Below are positions 19,153 through 29,476 of a stretch of DNA of 42,334 bases, one piece after another. Under the pieces are notes generated by a model that had not been told where the DNA came from, searched no databases, and saw only the letters and a list, made by a program, of their open reading frames with translations. The position numbers were made by a program, and so were the translations under genes. The stretch spans positions 1 to 42,334 of the forward strand of contig JBAXKC010000025.1 in the NCBI GenBank assembly GCA_037137535.1. Reading direction: 5' to 3'. This DNA comes from a bacterium (GTDB lineage Bacteria > Cyanobacteriota > Vampirovibrionia > Gastranaerophilales > JBAXKC01). The stretch's first letter is position 1. Every line of letters starts with the position of its first letter.

Positions 19153-19893
19153 TTATTCAAACAATTTACAGAGAAAAAGACCCAGTATATAAAATAATAA
19201 AGCGAAAACAAGTAAGAGAATAAATTCAAATAGAGGATTCATAAATGCGATTAGAAATGAAATTATTACAATCGACATAAATAAAAATTTAAACAGTTTT
19301 TTAAGCTTATATTGAGTTAATATCTGAGTCTTAGCACCATAAATCAACGTAGCTGGAACAGCAAGCATAAAGCCTGTGAATGTCATTATTTCAATACAGA
19401 AATTAATATAATTACTCAAAGTAAATATTATGGCTGTTGACTTTATTTCCGTTCCATAGCCATATAACAAGTAAGAAACAGCAGGAATTATCTTGCTATA
19501 AGCCAATGCAATACCCATTAAAAACATAAAATAAGCAATTATCAAACAAAGATAATTTTGTAAAATCTGCCTACCTTTAAAAAGGTTTTCATTAAATTTT
19601 ATATAATTATATACGGATACAGGAATTATAAAAATTAATCCTATTAAAAACGCTATTTTAAAAGATAAACCCCATGACTCCGTAAGATTTGTTTGAATAT
19701 AACCAATCGAATGAAACGGAAATATTCCAATCAAATAAGCAATAATCTTTTTTGCAAAACATAAACCGAATCCAAACGGTATTATAAAAGCCATAAAAGA
19801 GCCCAAAATCCTGCGTTTTAGTTCATTAATAATTTTATAAACGCCTTGAGCTTGCAAATTAATTGCTGAATTTTCTTTGTCTGACGGACTCAT
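19153..19893 (-). CDS. Divergent TatC-like membrane protein
   Basis: ELKRRI motif, about six hydrophobic helices, E....FK.AF..G..F..P pattern and 'LSNYINF' loop; the PGL and TPPD motifs are degenerate. Confidence 0.65.
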   Translation of the reverse strand: MSPSDKENSAINLQAQGVYKIINELKRRILGSFMAFIIPFGFGLCFAKKIIAYLIGIFPFHSIGYIQTNLTESWGLSFKIAFLIGLIFIIPVSVYNYIKFNENLFKGRQILQNYLCLIIAYFMFLMGIALAYSKIIPAVSYLLYGYGTEIKSTAIIFTLSNYINFCIEIMTFTGFMLAVPATLIYGAKTQILTQYKLKKLFKFLFMSIVIISFLIAFMNPLFEFILLLVFALLFYILGLFLCKLFE

Positions 19894-20653
19894 ATAATAT
19901 TACTCCTGCAGAAACACTTAAATTTAATGATTCAACGTTCTCTTCCATCGGTATATGTATAAAATTATCAGCTATTTCAGCTAAACTATCACTTAATCCT
20001 TCTGCCTCTGAACCAAACATAATTACTGTAGGCTGTTTATAATTTATATCATAATAAACAGTATTTTTATCATTATTTGAAACTTTTGTTGCTAAAAAGT
20101 TGAATTTATTAATCTTATTTAGTTTTGGTTTCAAATAATTTATATTTTTTTCGTACACAATAGGAATTTTCCAGAGATTTGCAACAGCAGAGCGAACAGT
20201 CTTAGGATTAAACATATCTACAGAATTTTCTGTAACTATAATTCCTGCAACACCGCTTGCAGCAGCTGTTCTTATTATCGTACCAAAATTCCCCGCATCT
20301 TTAATGCCTTCAAGCACTATTATGAGTGGATTATCAACTTTAAGCATATCCTCAATACAATGATTAAAGATTTTTGCAACTGCAATAACGGGAGGTGCCG
20401 TCTGTGTTGTAGATATTTTCTTTAATATCTCTTCGGGGACTTTATAGGTTATATTCTCAGGGAAATTAACAAATAATTCCGATTTATCCCTATCTACAAA
20501 AATATTTTTTATTTGAATATTATCTTTTATAGCTTCTGATACTCCTTTTTCTCCTTCTATGAGAAAAAGCCCTGTTTCTTCTCGAACTGATTTTTTTTCA
20601 AGAGAAGAAGCAAGTTTTATTAAAGGGTTTTTCAAACTGGAGATTTCATTCAT
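19859..20653 (-). CDS. TrmH/SpoU family RNA 2'-O-methyltransferase
   Basis: DAGNFGTIIRTA, FGSEAEG, IPM...ESLNLSVS. Confidence 0.93.
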   Translation of the reverse strand: MNEISSLKNPLIKLASSLEKKSVREETGLFLIEGEKGVSEAIKDNIQIKNIFVDRDKSELFVNFPENITYKVPEEILKKISTTQTAPPVIAVAKIFNHCIEDMLKVDNPLIIVLEGIKDAGNFGTIIRTAAASGVAGIIVTENSVDMFNPKTVRSAVANLWKIPIVYEKNINYLKPKLNKINKFNFLATKVSNNDKNTVYYDINYKQPTVIMFGSEAEGLSDSLAEIADNFIHIPMEENVESLNLSVSAGVILYESVRQRKFSN

Positions 20654-22389
20654 TTCCCTATAATACCCTGTTTATATTTATTCAGCCAAACTTTTTCATT
20701 TTCTGAAAGCATAGAATAATCAATTAAGTTTTCATCGAATCCGCTGCGTGTAAGACTTTTTATTCTAAAGCTGCCTTTCTCTTCTATGACAGTAACCGTA
20801 TTTTCAAGCCTCACACCGCCCCATCCTTCGCAATAAAGCCCGGGTTCTATGGTGAAACACATTCCTTCTTTTAATACTGTCTTAGAGAGCTCAGAAGAGC
20901 CTAATCTTGGAGGAGATTCATGAACTGAAATTCCAACGCCATGACCTGTTCCGTGAGGGAAGCTGAAACCTTCTTCAACTTCCTGTGTAACAACTTCTCT
21001 TACTTTTTTATCAATATCATAGCCTGTAGTTGTTTGATTTATAGGGTAATTAAGTCCGCTTAAAAGGCCTTTTAAGACTTTTGTGTATATTCTTTTTGCT
21101 TTTTCTTCAGGCTTGGCTATTTTTCCGCCTGCGATAAAAGTTCTTGTTATATCTGTTGCGTATCCACCATCAAAATATCCGCCACAATCTAATAAAAATA
21201 AATCTCCGACATTAATATTTTTATCCGGATTAGGACTTGAATAATGTATTATAGCCGAATTTGTTGCACATGCGGTTATCGGCTCAAAACTTAAAGATAA
21301 AGCTCCTTCTTGATCAAATATTTTTTTAACCATTGCCGAAAATTCTTTTTCTGTCATTTTTTGACCTGCTTCAAGTTTCTGATTTAAGGTCTGAATACAT
21401 CTGGCAACAACAATATCAGTTTTTAAGAAATTTTCTCTGAAATGCTCCAATTCAAATGTATTTTTAATAGATTTCATTTCAGAAAGAGGATTTGGTTTTA
21501 CATTTTTAATGTTTTTATCTAATTTCTCAAGTTTTCTATAATTAGATAAAGTTATAGAAGTTTCATCATAGCCGATTGTTTTAATTTCAGAATCAGCTTT
21601 AATTTTTTGAAGAACGGTTTCAAATTCCTCAAATTTTTTAAAAATAACATCAGGCGAAAATTTATTTCTTATTTCTTTGACGACATTCGCTACTTCCGTA
21701 AAGATATAAAGTTGATAATCATAAATAAGGGCAACCCCTTTAAAAGTTGAATTATAAGGAGTTGCAAAACTTCTTAAATTAGCAAGATAAGCTATTTCTT
21801 CAAGCTTTGTAATCAAAAAAGTATCAATTCCCTGCTTTTTTAATTCCGAGATTGTTTCCATATATTTTTCTTCTGTCAATTCACCTGAAATATCAGGATA
21901 AACAAACATTAATTCTTCTTTTGTATTATTTGAAGTCGATAAGATTGGGTCTTGCTCATATTCAATAATTTCAACATTTTTACCTAGCTTATTTAACTCT
22001 TCAATGAGTTTATTATAGAAATAAAGACTAGTTTTTGTTGATGGAATACCTATTTTTAAAGAATTTTTATTATTATTTTTAATTATTTGAACTATTGCCA
22101 TTAATTGAGTTATGCTTAAATCCAATTTCACTACATTAACAAGCTCAGAATCAGTTTCTTCATCGGCTTGAATGTGGTAACGACCATCTACAAACAAAAA
22201 CACTTCTTCATTACTGACTAAAGCATCACCTGTTGAGCCTGAAAAGCCTGTTAATAGATATCTCGAATTATTTTGAAGCTCTACATATTCATTTAAGTAT
22301 TCGTCCGTATATTTAACAAGAAAATAATCGAGATTTTCCTTTGTCAAAAAAGTTCTTAGATTATTAATAGCAGTTTTTGGATTTAGCAT
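20650..22389 (-). CDS. Aminopeptidase P family (M24B)
   Basis: GFSGSTG, DGRY, TDITRT, HGTGHGVG, HE, EPG, GVRLE. Confidence 0.93.
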   Translation of the reverse strand: MLNPKTAINNLRTFLTKENLDYFLVKYTDEYLNEYVELQNNSRYLLTGFSGSTGDALVSNEEVFLFVDGRYHIQADEETDSELVNVVKLDLSITQLMAIVQIIKNNNKNSLKIGIPSTKTSLYFYNKLIEELNKLGKNVEIIEYEQDPILSTSNNTKEELMFVYPDISGELTEEKYMETISELKKQGIDTFLITKLEEIAYLANLRSFATPYNSTFKGVALIYDYQLYIFTEVANVVKEIRNKFSPDVIFKKFEEFETVLQKIKADSEIKTIGYDETSITLSNYRKLEKLDKNIKNVKPNPLSEMKSIKNTFELEHFRENFLKTDIVVARCIQTLNQKLEAGQKMTEKEFSAMVKKIFDQEGALSLSFEPITACATNSAIIHYSSPNPDKNINVGDLFLLDCGGYFDGGYATDITRTFIAGGKIAKPEEKAKRIYTKVLKGLLSGLNYPINQTTTGYDIDKKVREVVTQEVEEGFSFPHGTGHGVGISVHESPPRLGSSELSKTVLKEGMCFTIEPGLYCEGWGGVRLENTVTVIEEKGSFRIKSLTRSGFDENLIDYSMLSENEKVWLNKYKQGIIGK

Positions 22390-22423
22390 AAAGTTTTCCC
22401 CGACAGACCTTATAATTTACATA

Positions 22424-22457
22424 AAAATAAGCAGAGTAGGGCATAAAAGCCCTACTC
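22424..22457 (-). terminator. Intrinsic terminator after pepA
   Basis: GAGTAGGGC-N6-GCCCTACTC stem with a T tract on the minus strand. Confidence 0.65.
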
Positions 22458-22471
22458 GCAAATCTCAACTA

Positions 22472-23962
22472 TTATTTTGTATTTAAAATGTAATTGATTA
22501 ATGTTCTTACTGCTGCTCCAGAAGCACCTTTGCCAAGTTCTTTCACCTCTTTGTCAAGCCATGCAGGTCCTGCAATATCAATGTGAGCCCATGGAACATT
22601 ATTCACAAACTCTTTTAGGAATAATGCAGCAGAAGAAGCTCCTGCTTCTCTTGAACCTGAGTTTTTAAAGTCAGCTATATCGCTTTTCATTGAATCAAAG
22701 TATTCTTCATACATAGGAAGTTGCCATAATCTTTCGCCACCTTGATTAGCAGAAGAAATAAGTTTATCGATAAGCTCTTGATTATTACCCATAATACCTG
22801 ATGCCATTCTACCGAGAGCAACCATACAAGCACCTGTAAGCGTTGCCACATCGACAATTTCATCAACATTAAGATCAACTGCATAACAGAGAGCATCTGC
22901 CAAAGTAAGTCTTCCTTCTGCATCAGTATTATCAATCTCAATAGTTTTACCGTTCATAGCTTTTACGACATCACCGGGACGATAAGCGTTACCGTCCAAC
23001 ATGTTTTCGCAAGCTGCTATAATAGCGTGAACTTCAACATTAGGTTTTAATTTCGGCAATGCTTTCATTACGGATAACACAGCGGCTGCTCCTGCCATAT
23101 CATCTTTCATAAGAACCATTCCGCTTGGAGGCTTAATACAAAGACCGCCACTGTCGAAAGTTACACCTTTACCAATAATAGCAACTTTCTTTTTTATCTT
23201 ACCACTTGGCCTATAAATCATGTGAATAAATTTAGGAGAATTTTCACTTCCCTTAGCAACAGCGTAGTATGCGCCCATTCCCATGTTTAAAATATCTTCT
23301 TTTCTGTATATTCTGCATTCTATATCCTCAATAGCCTTTGCTATTTCTGCCAGTTTAGCGGGATTAAGTTCATTTGCAGGCTCATTTGCAAGATTTCTTG
23401 CTTTATTTGTTGACTCAGCAATAATAATACCCTTTTTAATGCCTTTATTAATTGCATCAAGCTTACTTTTGTCTGATTCTACAATCTCAAAGTCCTTAAT
23501 AGCTTTTTCATCTTCTTTTTTAGATTTATATTTTGTAAATTTATAAGAACCTAAAATAGTTCCTTCGGCTAACATTTGTGCTGACTCTGCAACATCTAAA
23601 CAGGCAATTCCGGCACCATGTACTATACTACAAACTTTTTGAGCCTTTAATGAAATTGCTTTCTGTATTGCTTTAGACGAAACTTCTCTTATTTTAGCAA
23701 GATTAAACTCTTCAGACTTACCAAGACCGACAACAATTATTTTATCGGCAGGAATTTTCCCATAAGTCGGCAACACATAAACATCGCCTAACTTACCTTT
23801 AAAATCTTCTTTTTCAATAACATAGGAGGAAATAAAACTGTCTAATGCTTTATCAACCGCAGCGGCAGCCCCTCCAGGGGACTTAACACCTTCAAAAAGG
23901 TTTACTATTAAAACATCACAGGCGATATCAGTGATTGAGCCGTGCTTTACATTAATTTTCAT
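22472..23962 (-). CDS. pepA: Leucyl aminopeptidase (M17)
   Basis: GKGVTFDSGG, MKDDMAG, NTDAEGRL, ATLTGA, HIDIAG; ATG 23962 has a GAGG RBS. Confidence 0.97.
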   Translation of the reverse strand: MKINVKHGSITDIACDVLIVNLFEGVKSPGGAAAAVDKALDSFISSYVIEKEDFKGKLGDVYVLPTYGKIPADKIIVVGLGKSEEFNLAKIREVSSKAIQKAISLKAQKVCSIVHGAGIACLDVAESAQMLAEGTILGSYKFTKYKSKKEDEKAIKDFEIVESDKSKLDAINKGIKKGIIIAESTNKARNLANEPANELNPAKLAEIAKAIEDIECRIYRKEDILNMGMGAYYAVAKGSENSPKFIHMIYRPSGKIKKKVAIIGKGVTFDSGGLCIKPPSGMVLMKDDMAGAAAVLSVMKALPKLKPNVEVHAIIAACENMLDGNAYRPGDVVKAMNGKTIEIDNTDAEGRLTLADALCYAVDLNVDEIVDVATLTGACMVALGRMASGIMGNNQELIDKLISSANQGGERLWQLPMYEEYFDSMKSDIADFKNSGSREAGASSAALFLKEFVNNVPWAHIDIAGPAWLDKEVKELGKGASGAAVRTLINYILNTK

Positions 23963-24078
23963 GTTTAACCTCATTTTCAAACCAAAAACAATTATATATT
24001 TTATTTAACTGTGTATGAAAAGTATAAATTTAAACTCGGTATCAGGCAAGCTATATGTTTGGAGTATTTTTTAAAAAT

Positions 24079-24108
24079 AAAAAGCCCCGTGTATATTAAC
24101 AAACGGGG
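24079..24108 (-). terminator. Intrinsic terminator in the nblS-pepA intergenic region
   Basis: Minus strand CCCCGT-N12-ACGGGG followed by CTTTTT. Confidence 0.6.
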
Positions 24109-24430
24109 AAGAAGAGATCATGAGGCAGAATTTAATACTGAAAATACTTTTTATCCTCTAACTTCTAATTTATATGGTGTTTTTTATTTTCATTTCAACG
24201 TTTACTCTTCTATAATATTCATTCAAGGAAATTTGAGTATTAGTCTTTAGGACTAGAACATATTACTCGCAAGAATAATATTTTTATTAGCCTGAAACCC
24301 TTATAAATTGTCATCATTACACTTTATTGGTCAGTACAACAGCCGTAAACAAAAGAATATAGCATGTTTAAAACAACAACTCATTTGTAATAGCTAGTTG
24401 TTTAGTAATGCATTTTTGAAATTACATTTA

Positions 24431-26287
24431 TTAAACAGGCATTTTTTCGGAATTTATAACTTGCAAGGGAAGTCTAAATCCAAAAGTGCTGCCTTCTCCA
24501 TTTTTACTTTCCGCAAAAACCTGACCACCATGATGTTTTTCTATGGCAATCTTAACCAGATGCAAGCCTAGTCCTGTTCCTTTTATAGTATGGGCTTTTG
24601 TTTCCACCCTATAAAACCTGTCAAATATTTTTGGCAAGTGTTCTTGTGGTATTCCCATACCGTTATCCTCAACAGAAACTTGAAGATATTTACCTGTTCT
24701 GTCGACTTCAGCTCTGATTTTAACCCTTCCACCGGTGTAAGAATATTTTATGGCGTTAGAAATTAAATTTTTAATTACTCTTTCAATACTTTCAGAATTA
24801 AACATTACCTGCGGAAGATCTGACTCTAAAAGAACTGAGAACTGCAATTTTTTCTCATCAGCAAGCACTTTCATTGATCTTAAAGTTAGCTCAATAACGG
24901 GAGAAATATCACATAATGACTTATCAAGCTCTACATTAGGTGATTCCAGCCTTGAGAAGTCCAATATATCGTTCACCATTCTATTTAAACGATCTGATTC
25001 TTCATCTAATATAGACATAAACTCTTTTTTGGTTTTATCATCAAGATCTGCTCCATAATTATGAAGAGTGTCTATATAACTTCTTATTACTGTTACAGGA
25101 GTTCTAAGCTCATGACTAACATTAGAAATAAACTGATTTTTCATCATGTCAATTTCAGCTTCTTTTGTAATATCGTGAAGAACGGCTATATATCCTAAAT
25201 ACTCCTGATTATTAGTAAAAATTGGTGACATGATTAATTTTACGATTTTATTATTTAATTTAATTCTACTTAACTGAGGTCTAGCTTCAATCTCCTCAAG
25301 CGGAGTATCCTTAAATTTTCTTACTTCCTCTTTAAAGCTGATGTCACCGTTTCCATCATAATAATCGGTAATTTTAACATTTAAAATTTCCCTTGTTTTC
25401 ACTTCCATCATTTTTAATGCCGCGTTATTGACAAGAACGATTTTATCAAGATTATCGCAAACTATTACACCATTAGCAATTCCCATAAGAATAGATTCAA
25501 GTTTATTTCTCTCATAAGTAAGCTGATCAATATTTTTTTCTTCATACTCGCGAAGTTTTATCGACATATCGTTAAAAGCTTCAAAAAGTTGCTTTATCTC
25601 ACCCCATAAATCACGTGAAGCCAATTTATAGCCGAATTCACCCGTAGAAATCTTTCTGACGCCTTCAACAAGGAGTTTTACCTGTCTTGCTATCAACAAA
25701 GTATTAATAGAAACAGCAGCAATCGAAAGAATCCAGGCAATACTGAAAATAACCATCATCAGATATCTTGCCGCCTGTCCGACAATTTTCATTGTATAAC
25801 CGGTCAATCCAAGCTGAACAGAACCTATTGCACTTTTACCCTGTGCAGTATATGCCACAACGGGTTGACTTATCTCAATAAAACTTTCTGATTGATTATC
25901 AGAGCTTTGCTTATTTGAAAAGAGTATATTTCCTCTATTATCAAGGAAAACAATATATAGAATATCTTTATTTTCTCTGATAACAAGGTTTGACATATTT
26001 CTGAATTTATTTTCAGTTTCGGGATTGTCTTTATTTATTATAAAATCGCTGCCTTCGGTAGAAAGAGTTCTGGCAAGCATTATGCCAAAATCATGATAAC
26101 TTGAAAGAAGTGTTTTTTGAGTATTATCAATTACTATCCATGCAATAAAAATCACTAAAAAAGAGCTTAAAAAAGAGCCTAAAATAAGGATTTTATTGGG
26201 AGTTGTCATTCCCTTACCCTCATTTTGGTCATCAATCCGTTTTTTAATAATGTGTTTTATTAGATTACTCATTATTTTATCTGACAA
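24431..26287 (-). CDS. nblS: Sensor histidine kinase, NblS/Hik33-like (TM-HAMP-PAS-HisKA-HATPase); start may be 26272 or 26209
   Basis: YEEKNIDQLT.E..KLE, FISNVSHELRTP and FYRVE...HT..GTGLGL resemble cyanobacterial Hik33/NblS. Confidence 0.75.
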   Translation of the reverse strand: MSDKIMSNLIKHIIKKRIDDQNEGKGMTTPNKILILGSFLSSFLVIFIAWIVIDNTQKTLLSSYHDFGIMLARTLSTEGSDFIINKDNPETENKFRNMSNLVIRENKDILYIVFLDNRGNILFSNKQSSDNQSESFIEISQPVVAYTAQGKSAIGSVQLGLTGYTMKIVGQAARYLMMVIFSIAWILSIAAVSINTLLIARQVKLLVEGVRKISTGEFGYKLASRDLWGEIKQLFEAFNDMSIKLREYEEKNIDQLTYERNKLESILMGIANGVIVCDNLDKIVLVNNAALKMMEVKTREILNVKITDYYDGNGDISFKEEVRKFKDTPLEEIEARPQLSRIKLNNKIVKLIMSPIFTNNQEYLGYIAVLHDITKEAEIDMMKNQFISNVSHELRTPVTVIRSYIDTLHNYGADLDDKTKKEFMSILDEESDRLNRMVNDILDFSRLESPNVELDKSLCDISPVIELTLRSMKVLADEKKLQFSVLLESDLPQVMFNSESIERVIKNLISNAIKYSYTGGRVKIRAEVDRTGKYLQVSVEDNGMGIPQEHLPKIFDRFYRVETKAHTIKGTGLGLHLVKIAIEKHHGGQVFAESKNGEGSTFGFRLPLQVINSEKMPV

Positions 26288-26299
26288 ACCCTTCTTAAT

Positions 26300-26878
26300 C
26301 TACTGAAGAGAGGAAAGTATCATTGTACTTACTGACTTTAAACAGGCAAATACGCCTGATCCTTGACTAGCCATTGCTTCATAACTGGGGAAACCGTACG
26401 GATTAAACAAACGTTCAAGCTCTTCCAGCTCCATGGCATTATCTAAGTCTCTTTTATTATACTGTATAACTATAGGCAAAGTTTTCATTGAAAGACTAAA
26501 ACTTGTTAAATTCTCTTCAAGATTTCTTAAACTCTCAAGGTTTTCATCTTTTCGGTCTTTATTTGAGTCAATAACAAAAATAATACCGTCAACCCCATTT
26601 AAAAGCAGTTTCCTTGCGGCATTATATTCCGCCTGTCCCGGAGTTGAATATAAACTAAAAGTAGTTGTAAATCCTTTAATTGTTCCAAGATCTATTGATA
26701 GAAAATCAAAAAACAAGGTTCTTTCATTAAAACCTTTTAAATTAGTTATATCACTTCTTATTGAATGATTGAGCTGACTGTAAATATATTCTATATTAGT
26801 GGTTTTACCGGACTCTCCTGTCCCATAATATACAATTTTACAATTTACTTTTTGCTCCGCATAGTTAACTAATACCAA
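26300..26878 (-). CDS. mglA: MglA-family small GTPase
   Basis: KIVYYG...SGKTTN, RTLFFDF, TPGQ, GVDGIIFV.DS, QYNKRD. Confidence 0.88.
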   Translation of the reverse strand: MVLVNYAEQKVNCKIVYYGTGESGKTTNIEYIYSQLNHSIRSDITNLKGFNERTLFFDFLSIDLGTIKGFTTTFSLYSTPGQAEYNAARKLLLNGVDGIIFVIDSNKDRKDENLESLRNLEENLTSFSLSMKTLPIVIQYNKRDLDNAMELEELERLFNPYGFPSYEAMASQGSGVFACLKSVSTMILSSLQ

Positions 26879-27022
26879 TTTCTTAAATCTCTCAAACTGT
26901 CCTAATACAATAATATACCAAATCGATATAATTATTTCATTTTATCTGTCTAATATTATTTTAACAGAATACATTAAAACATCATAATTTGTAAAAATTT
27001 AAGAAATTCAAATTAGTAAAAA

Positions 27023-28978
27023 CTATAACTCATCAAATAATTTTTCTAATGCCTTCATATCATCACCACATTCATCTAATCTGGATCTAAGGTCACTTGC
27101 TGAATATTGTTCACGAAAAGCCATATAAATATTTGTTTTAAACTCATGAATCGCATCCAATTCTTTTGTCAAAGCATCAATTTTACCCTTTAAAAAAGCT
27201 TCTTCATTTTTTTTAGTTTCTTCAGACTCTTGCTTATCCTTAATTCCATCAAGCAATTTTTTACATTCTGCTATTTCTTGTTTTATTGATAAATTATATT
27301 CTTTAAGTTCTTTATTTTCTTTATAAATTTCTTCAAAATGCTTTGTTTCTTCTGCTTTGTGTGAGTTATGTCTTAATTCAATAATTTGCTTTGTGACAAC
27401 AGGAAGTAAATCTTGAAGAACCGTTTTATCTTTAAATGCGTTTATTACTTCTCTTGTATTTGTTGATAACCTTGCTATTTCTGTTTTTGCAAGCTCTCCT
27501 TTTATAGAATGTTCTATCTCTGGATTATCAGCCAAAAAGGCTTTTAACTCATTTACTTTATCCTGCACCGCATCTGCCGCTTGAAGATCTAACATATTAT
27601 TAATTTGATTAAACGCAACGGTAGTTAATAAAGCATCAAATAATATATTTGGAATATCTTTTTTGGGATCAAATTTTTCATGACTTTCAGATAAATGATG
27701 AGAAAGTGTAGTAATCAACGAGGCTGTAAATTGTCCGCCTAACGTATCAAAGCCCGCTTCATGAGCTGTATCATAAAGAGAAGCAAGCACTGAGGCATAA
27801 TCTTTAGGAAAAATATCTATAAGATTCTTTATCTGCTCTACATTTTCAGGACTTGCTATATCAGCCGCAACACCGACAAGTGTTCTCGCCCCTACATAAG
27901 CTACTGATTGAACAAGTTGATGCTGCCTGTCTAGTTTTTCACAATAAACATCTTTAACAAAAGTCCTGCCCATAGATGCTGTTGTTAAAAAGGTAAGTCC
28001 TGCATTAATACTTCTTACCGCTAAAGAAATAGGCACATGAGTCGCTCCTCCCGTTGCAGGACCTGACATTAAATGAGCCTTTACACCTGCTCCAGCAACA
28101 AGAGCCTTTGTTGCACTTAACCTTATGTTATGAGATTTATACCCCTCACGTCCCAAAAATATTAATGCTGACAATGTATCTATATTATTTTGCTTCGCTA
28201 GAGATAAAGTCATTAAAAGCTGAACAGCTGCAACTGGCAAAGTATCAGCCATTAAAGATGAAGTCTCACCTGCCATAAAAGATTGTCCTGCTGCTGCAAC
28301 AGCTGCAATATCAACTATGGCATATTCTTTATTTTCCTCCAGATTTTTCTTTAATTTTTCTATTTGAGCCTTTAGCGAATCTATAAAATTAAACGGTTTC
28401 TCATTACCTTTAAAACTAATAGGTGCATTGTTAAATTTAAGATCAGCTTTTTTCTCTTCTTCCATATCTCTAAGTGTTTGAGCCATAACTTTTTGCCACT
28501 TCGCCTGTCTTTCCAGCTCTTTATAATCGTCAGAATTTTTATCAAAAGTTGAATTTTCCAATTCCTTCAAAAACACATCTGAATTATTATCAAGAGCTTT
28601 GGATAAAAGTCTTGATACTTTAAAATCTTTAAAAACAAAAGCACAATATCTGGCAGAAAACTCGGGATCATAAAATATATTTTCTATATTTTCAGGTTTT
28701 CTATATCTAAGAATTAACTTTTTAACATTAGCCTTATCTTCATCAGTAAAATTTAACGCTTTTGCAACTTGTTGTTCCCAAGACGAAAAAATAATTCCAT
28801 CCTCTTTTTTAATTTTATGGACGGAATTAAAGTTAACCATATATCTTGGTGAACTTGAAAAAGAATGAAAATTTGATTCATTATGTAATGCAGTATCGCT
28901 GACATCCTTAATATTATTCTTTTTAATGCAATTATTATATTCTGAAAATTTAGACATACTTAAATTATTAATACGCAT
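27023..28978 (-). CDS. Hypothetical protein with a DUF697/YcjF-like hydrophobic core and C-terminal coiled coil
   Basis: AAVAAAG...AD.LP..AVQ..M...LA pattern; internal ISFKG motif; E/K-rich C-terminus. Confidence 0.6.
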   Translation of the reverse strand: MRINNLSMSKFSEYNNCIKKNNIKDVSDTALHNESNFHSFSSSPRYMVNFNSVHKIKKEDGIIFSSWEQQVAKALNFTDEDKANVKKLILRYRKPENIENIFYDPEFSARYCAFVFKDFKVSRLLSKALDNNSDVFLKELENSTFDKNSDDYKELERQAKWQKVMAQTLRDMEEEKKADLKFNNAPISFKGNEKPFNFIDSLKAQIEKLKKNLEENKEYAIVDIAAVAAAGQSFMAGETSSLMADTLPVAAVQLLMTLSLAKQNNIDTLSALIFLGREGYKSHNIRLSATKALVAGAGVKAHLMSGPATGGATHVPISLAVRSINAGLTFLTTASMGRTFVKDVYCEKLDRQHQLVQSVAYVGARTLVGVAADIASPENVEQIKNLIDIFPKDYASVLASLYDTAHEAGFDTLGGQFTASLITTLSHHLSESHEKFDPKKDIPNILFDALLTTVAFNQINNMLDLQAADAVQDKVNELKAFLADNPEIEHSIKGELAKTEIARLSTNTREVINAFKDKTVLQDLLPVVTKQIIELRHNSHKAEETKHFEEIYKENKELKEYNLSIKQEIAECKKLLDGIKDKQESEETKKNEEAFLKGKIDALTKELDAIHEFKTNIYMAFREQYSASDLRSRLDECGDDMKALEKLFDEL

Positions 28979-29126
28979 AAGCAACCCACCAATCCACTAA
29001 AAACATAGAAGTATTATTTGTAAATTTTTATCAAATCCAAGCCTAAAACAATTGAAAAAGAAAAAAAAGGTGTATAGAATACATTTGTAATTTTTTTTAA
29101 CACCTATTTACAGGGGAGTGGTAAAA

Positions 29127-29465
29127 ATGCAATTAACAACAGCTAATTATCCTACATATCAAAAAAACACAGCTAAACAGCAAGTGGCTTTTTCAGGGAA
29201 TATCGGAACTAAGATTGTTGATAAATGTTGGGAAAATCATGATAAGGCTTATAATGCTCTAGGTAAACAATACAATAAAGCCTGGGGTAGACATGCTTTA
29301 GTTTGTGATGAAATAGTAGTAAAAAATATAGCCCAAACTATAGAAAAAAAATGTCCTGCCTTACATAAATTTGCTAACAGTAAAGTTGGAGGTGCGGTTA
29401 TAATGGTTGCCGAAAGTATCGTTGGTGGCATAATATTTGGAACTTTATTTAATAAATTTTACTAG
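29127..29465 (+). CDS. Tandem-array paralogue 1 (modules A-X-P), 112 aa
   Basis: AGGGGAG RBS before ATG 29127; homologous to the next four ORFs. Confidence 0.85.
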   Translation: MQLTTANYPTYQKNTAKQQVAFSGNIGTKIVDKCWENHDKAYNALGKQYNKAWGRHALVCDEIVVKNIAQTIEKKCPALHKFANSKVGGAVIMVAESIVGGIIFGTLFNKFY

Positions 29466-29476
29466 GATTTAATAAT

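Noticed and set aside
24011-24250. 79-aa intergenic ORF
   Set aside because: GTG start without an RBS, crosses an opposite-strand terminator and has no motif.
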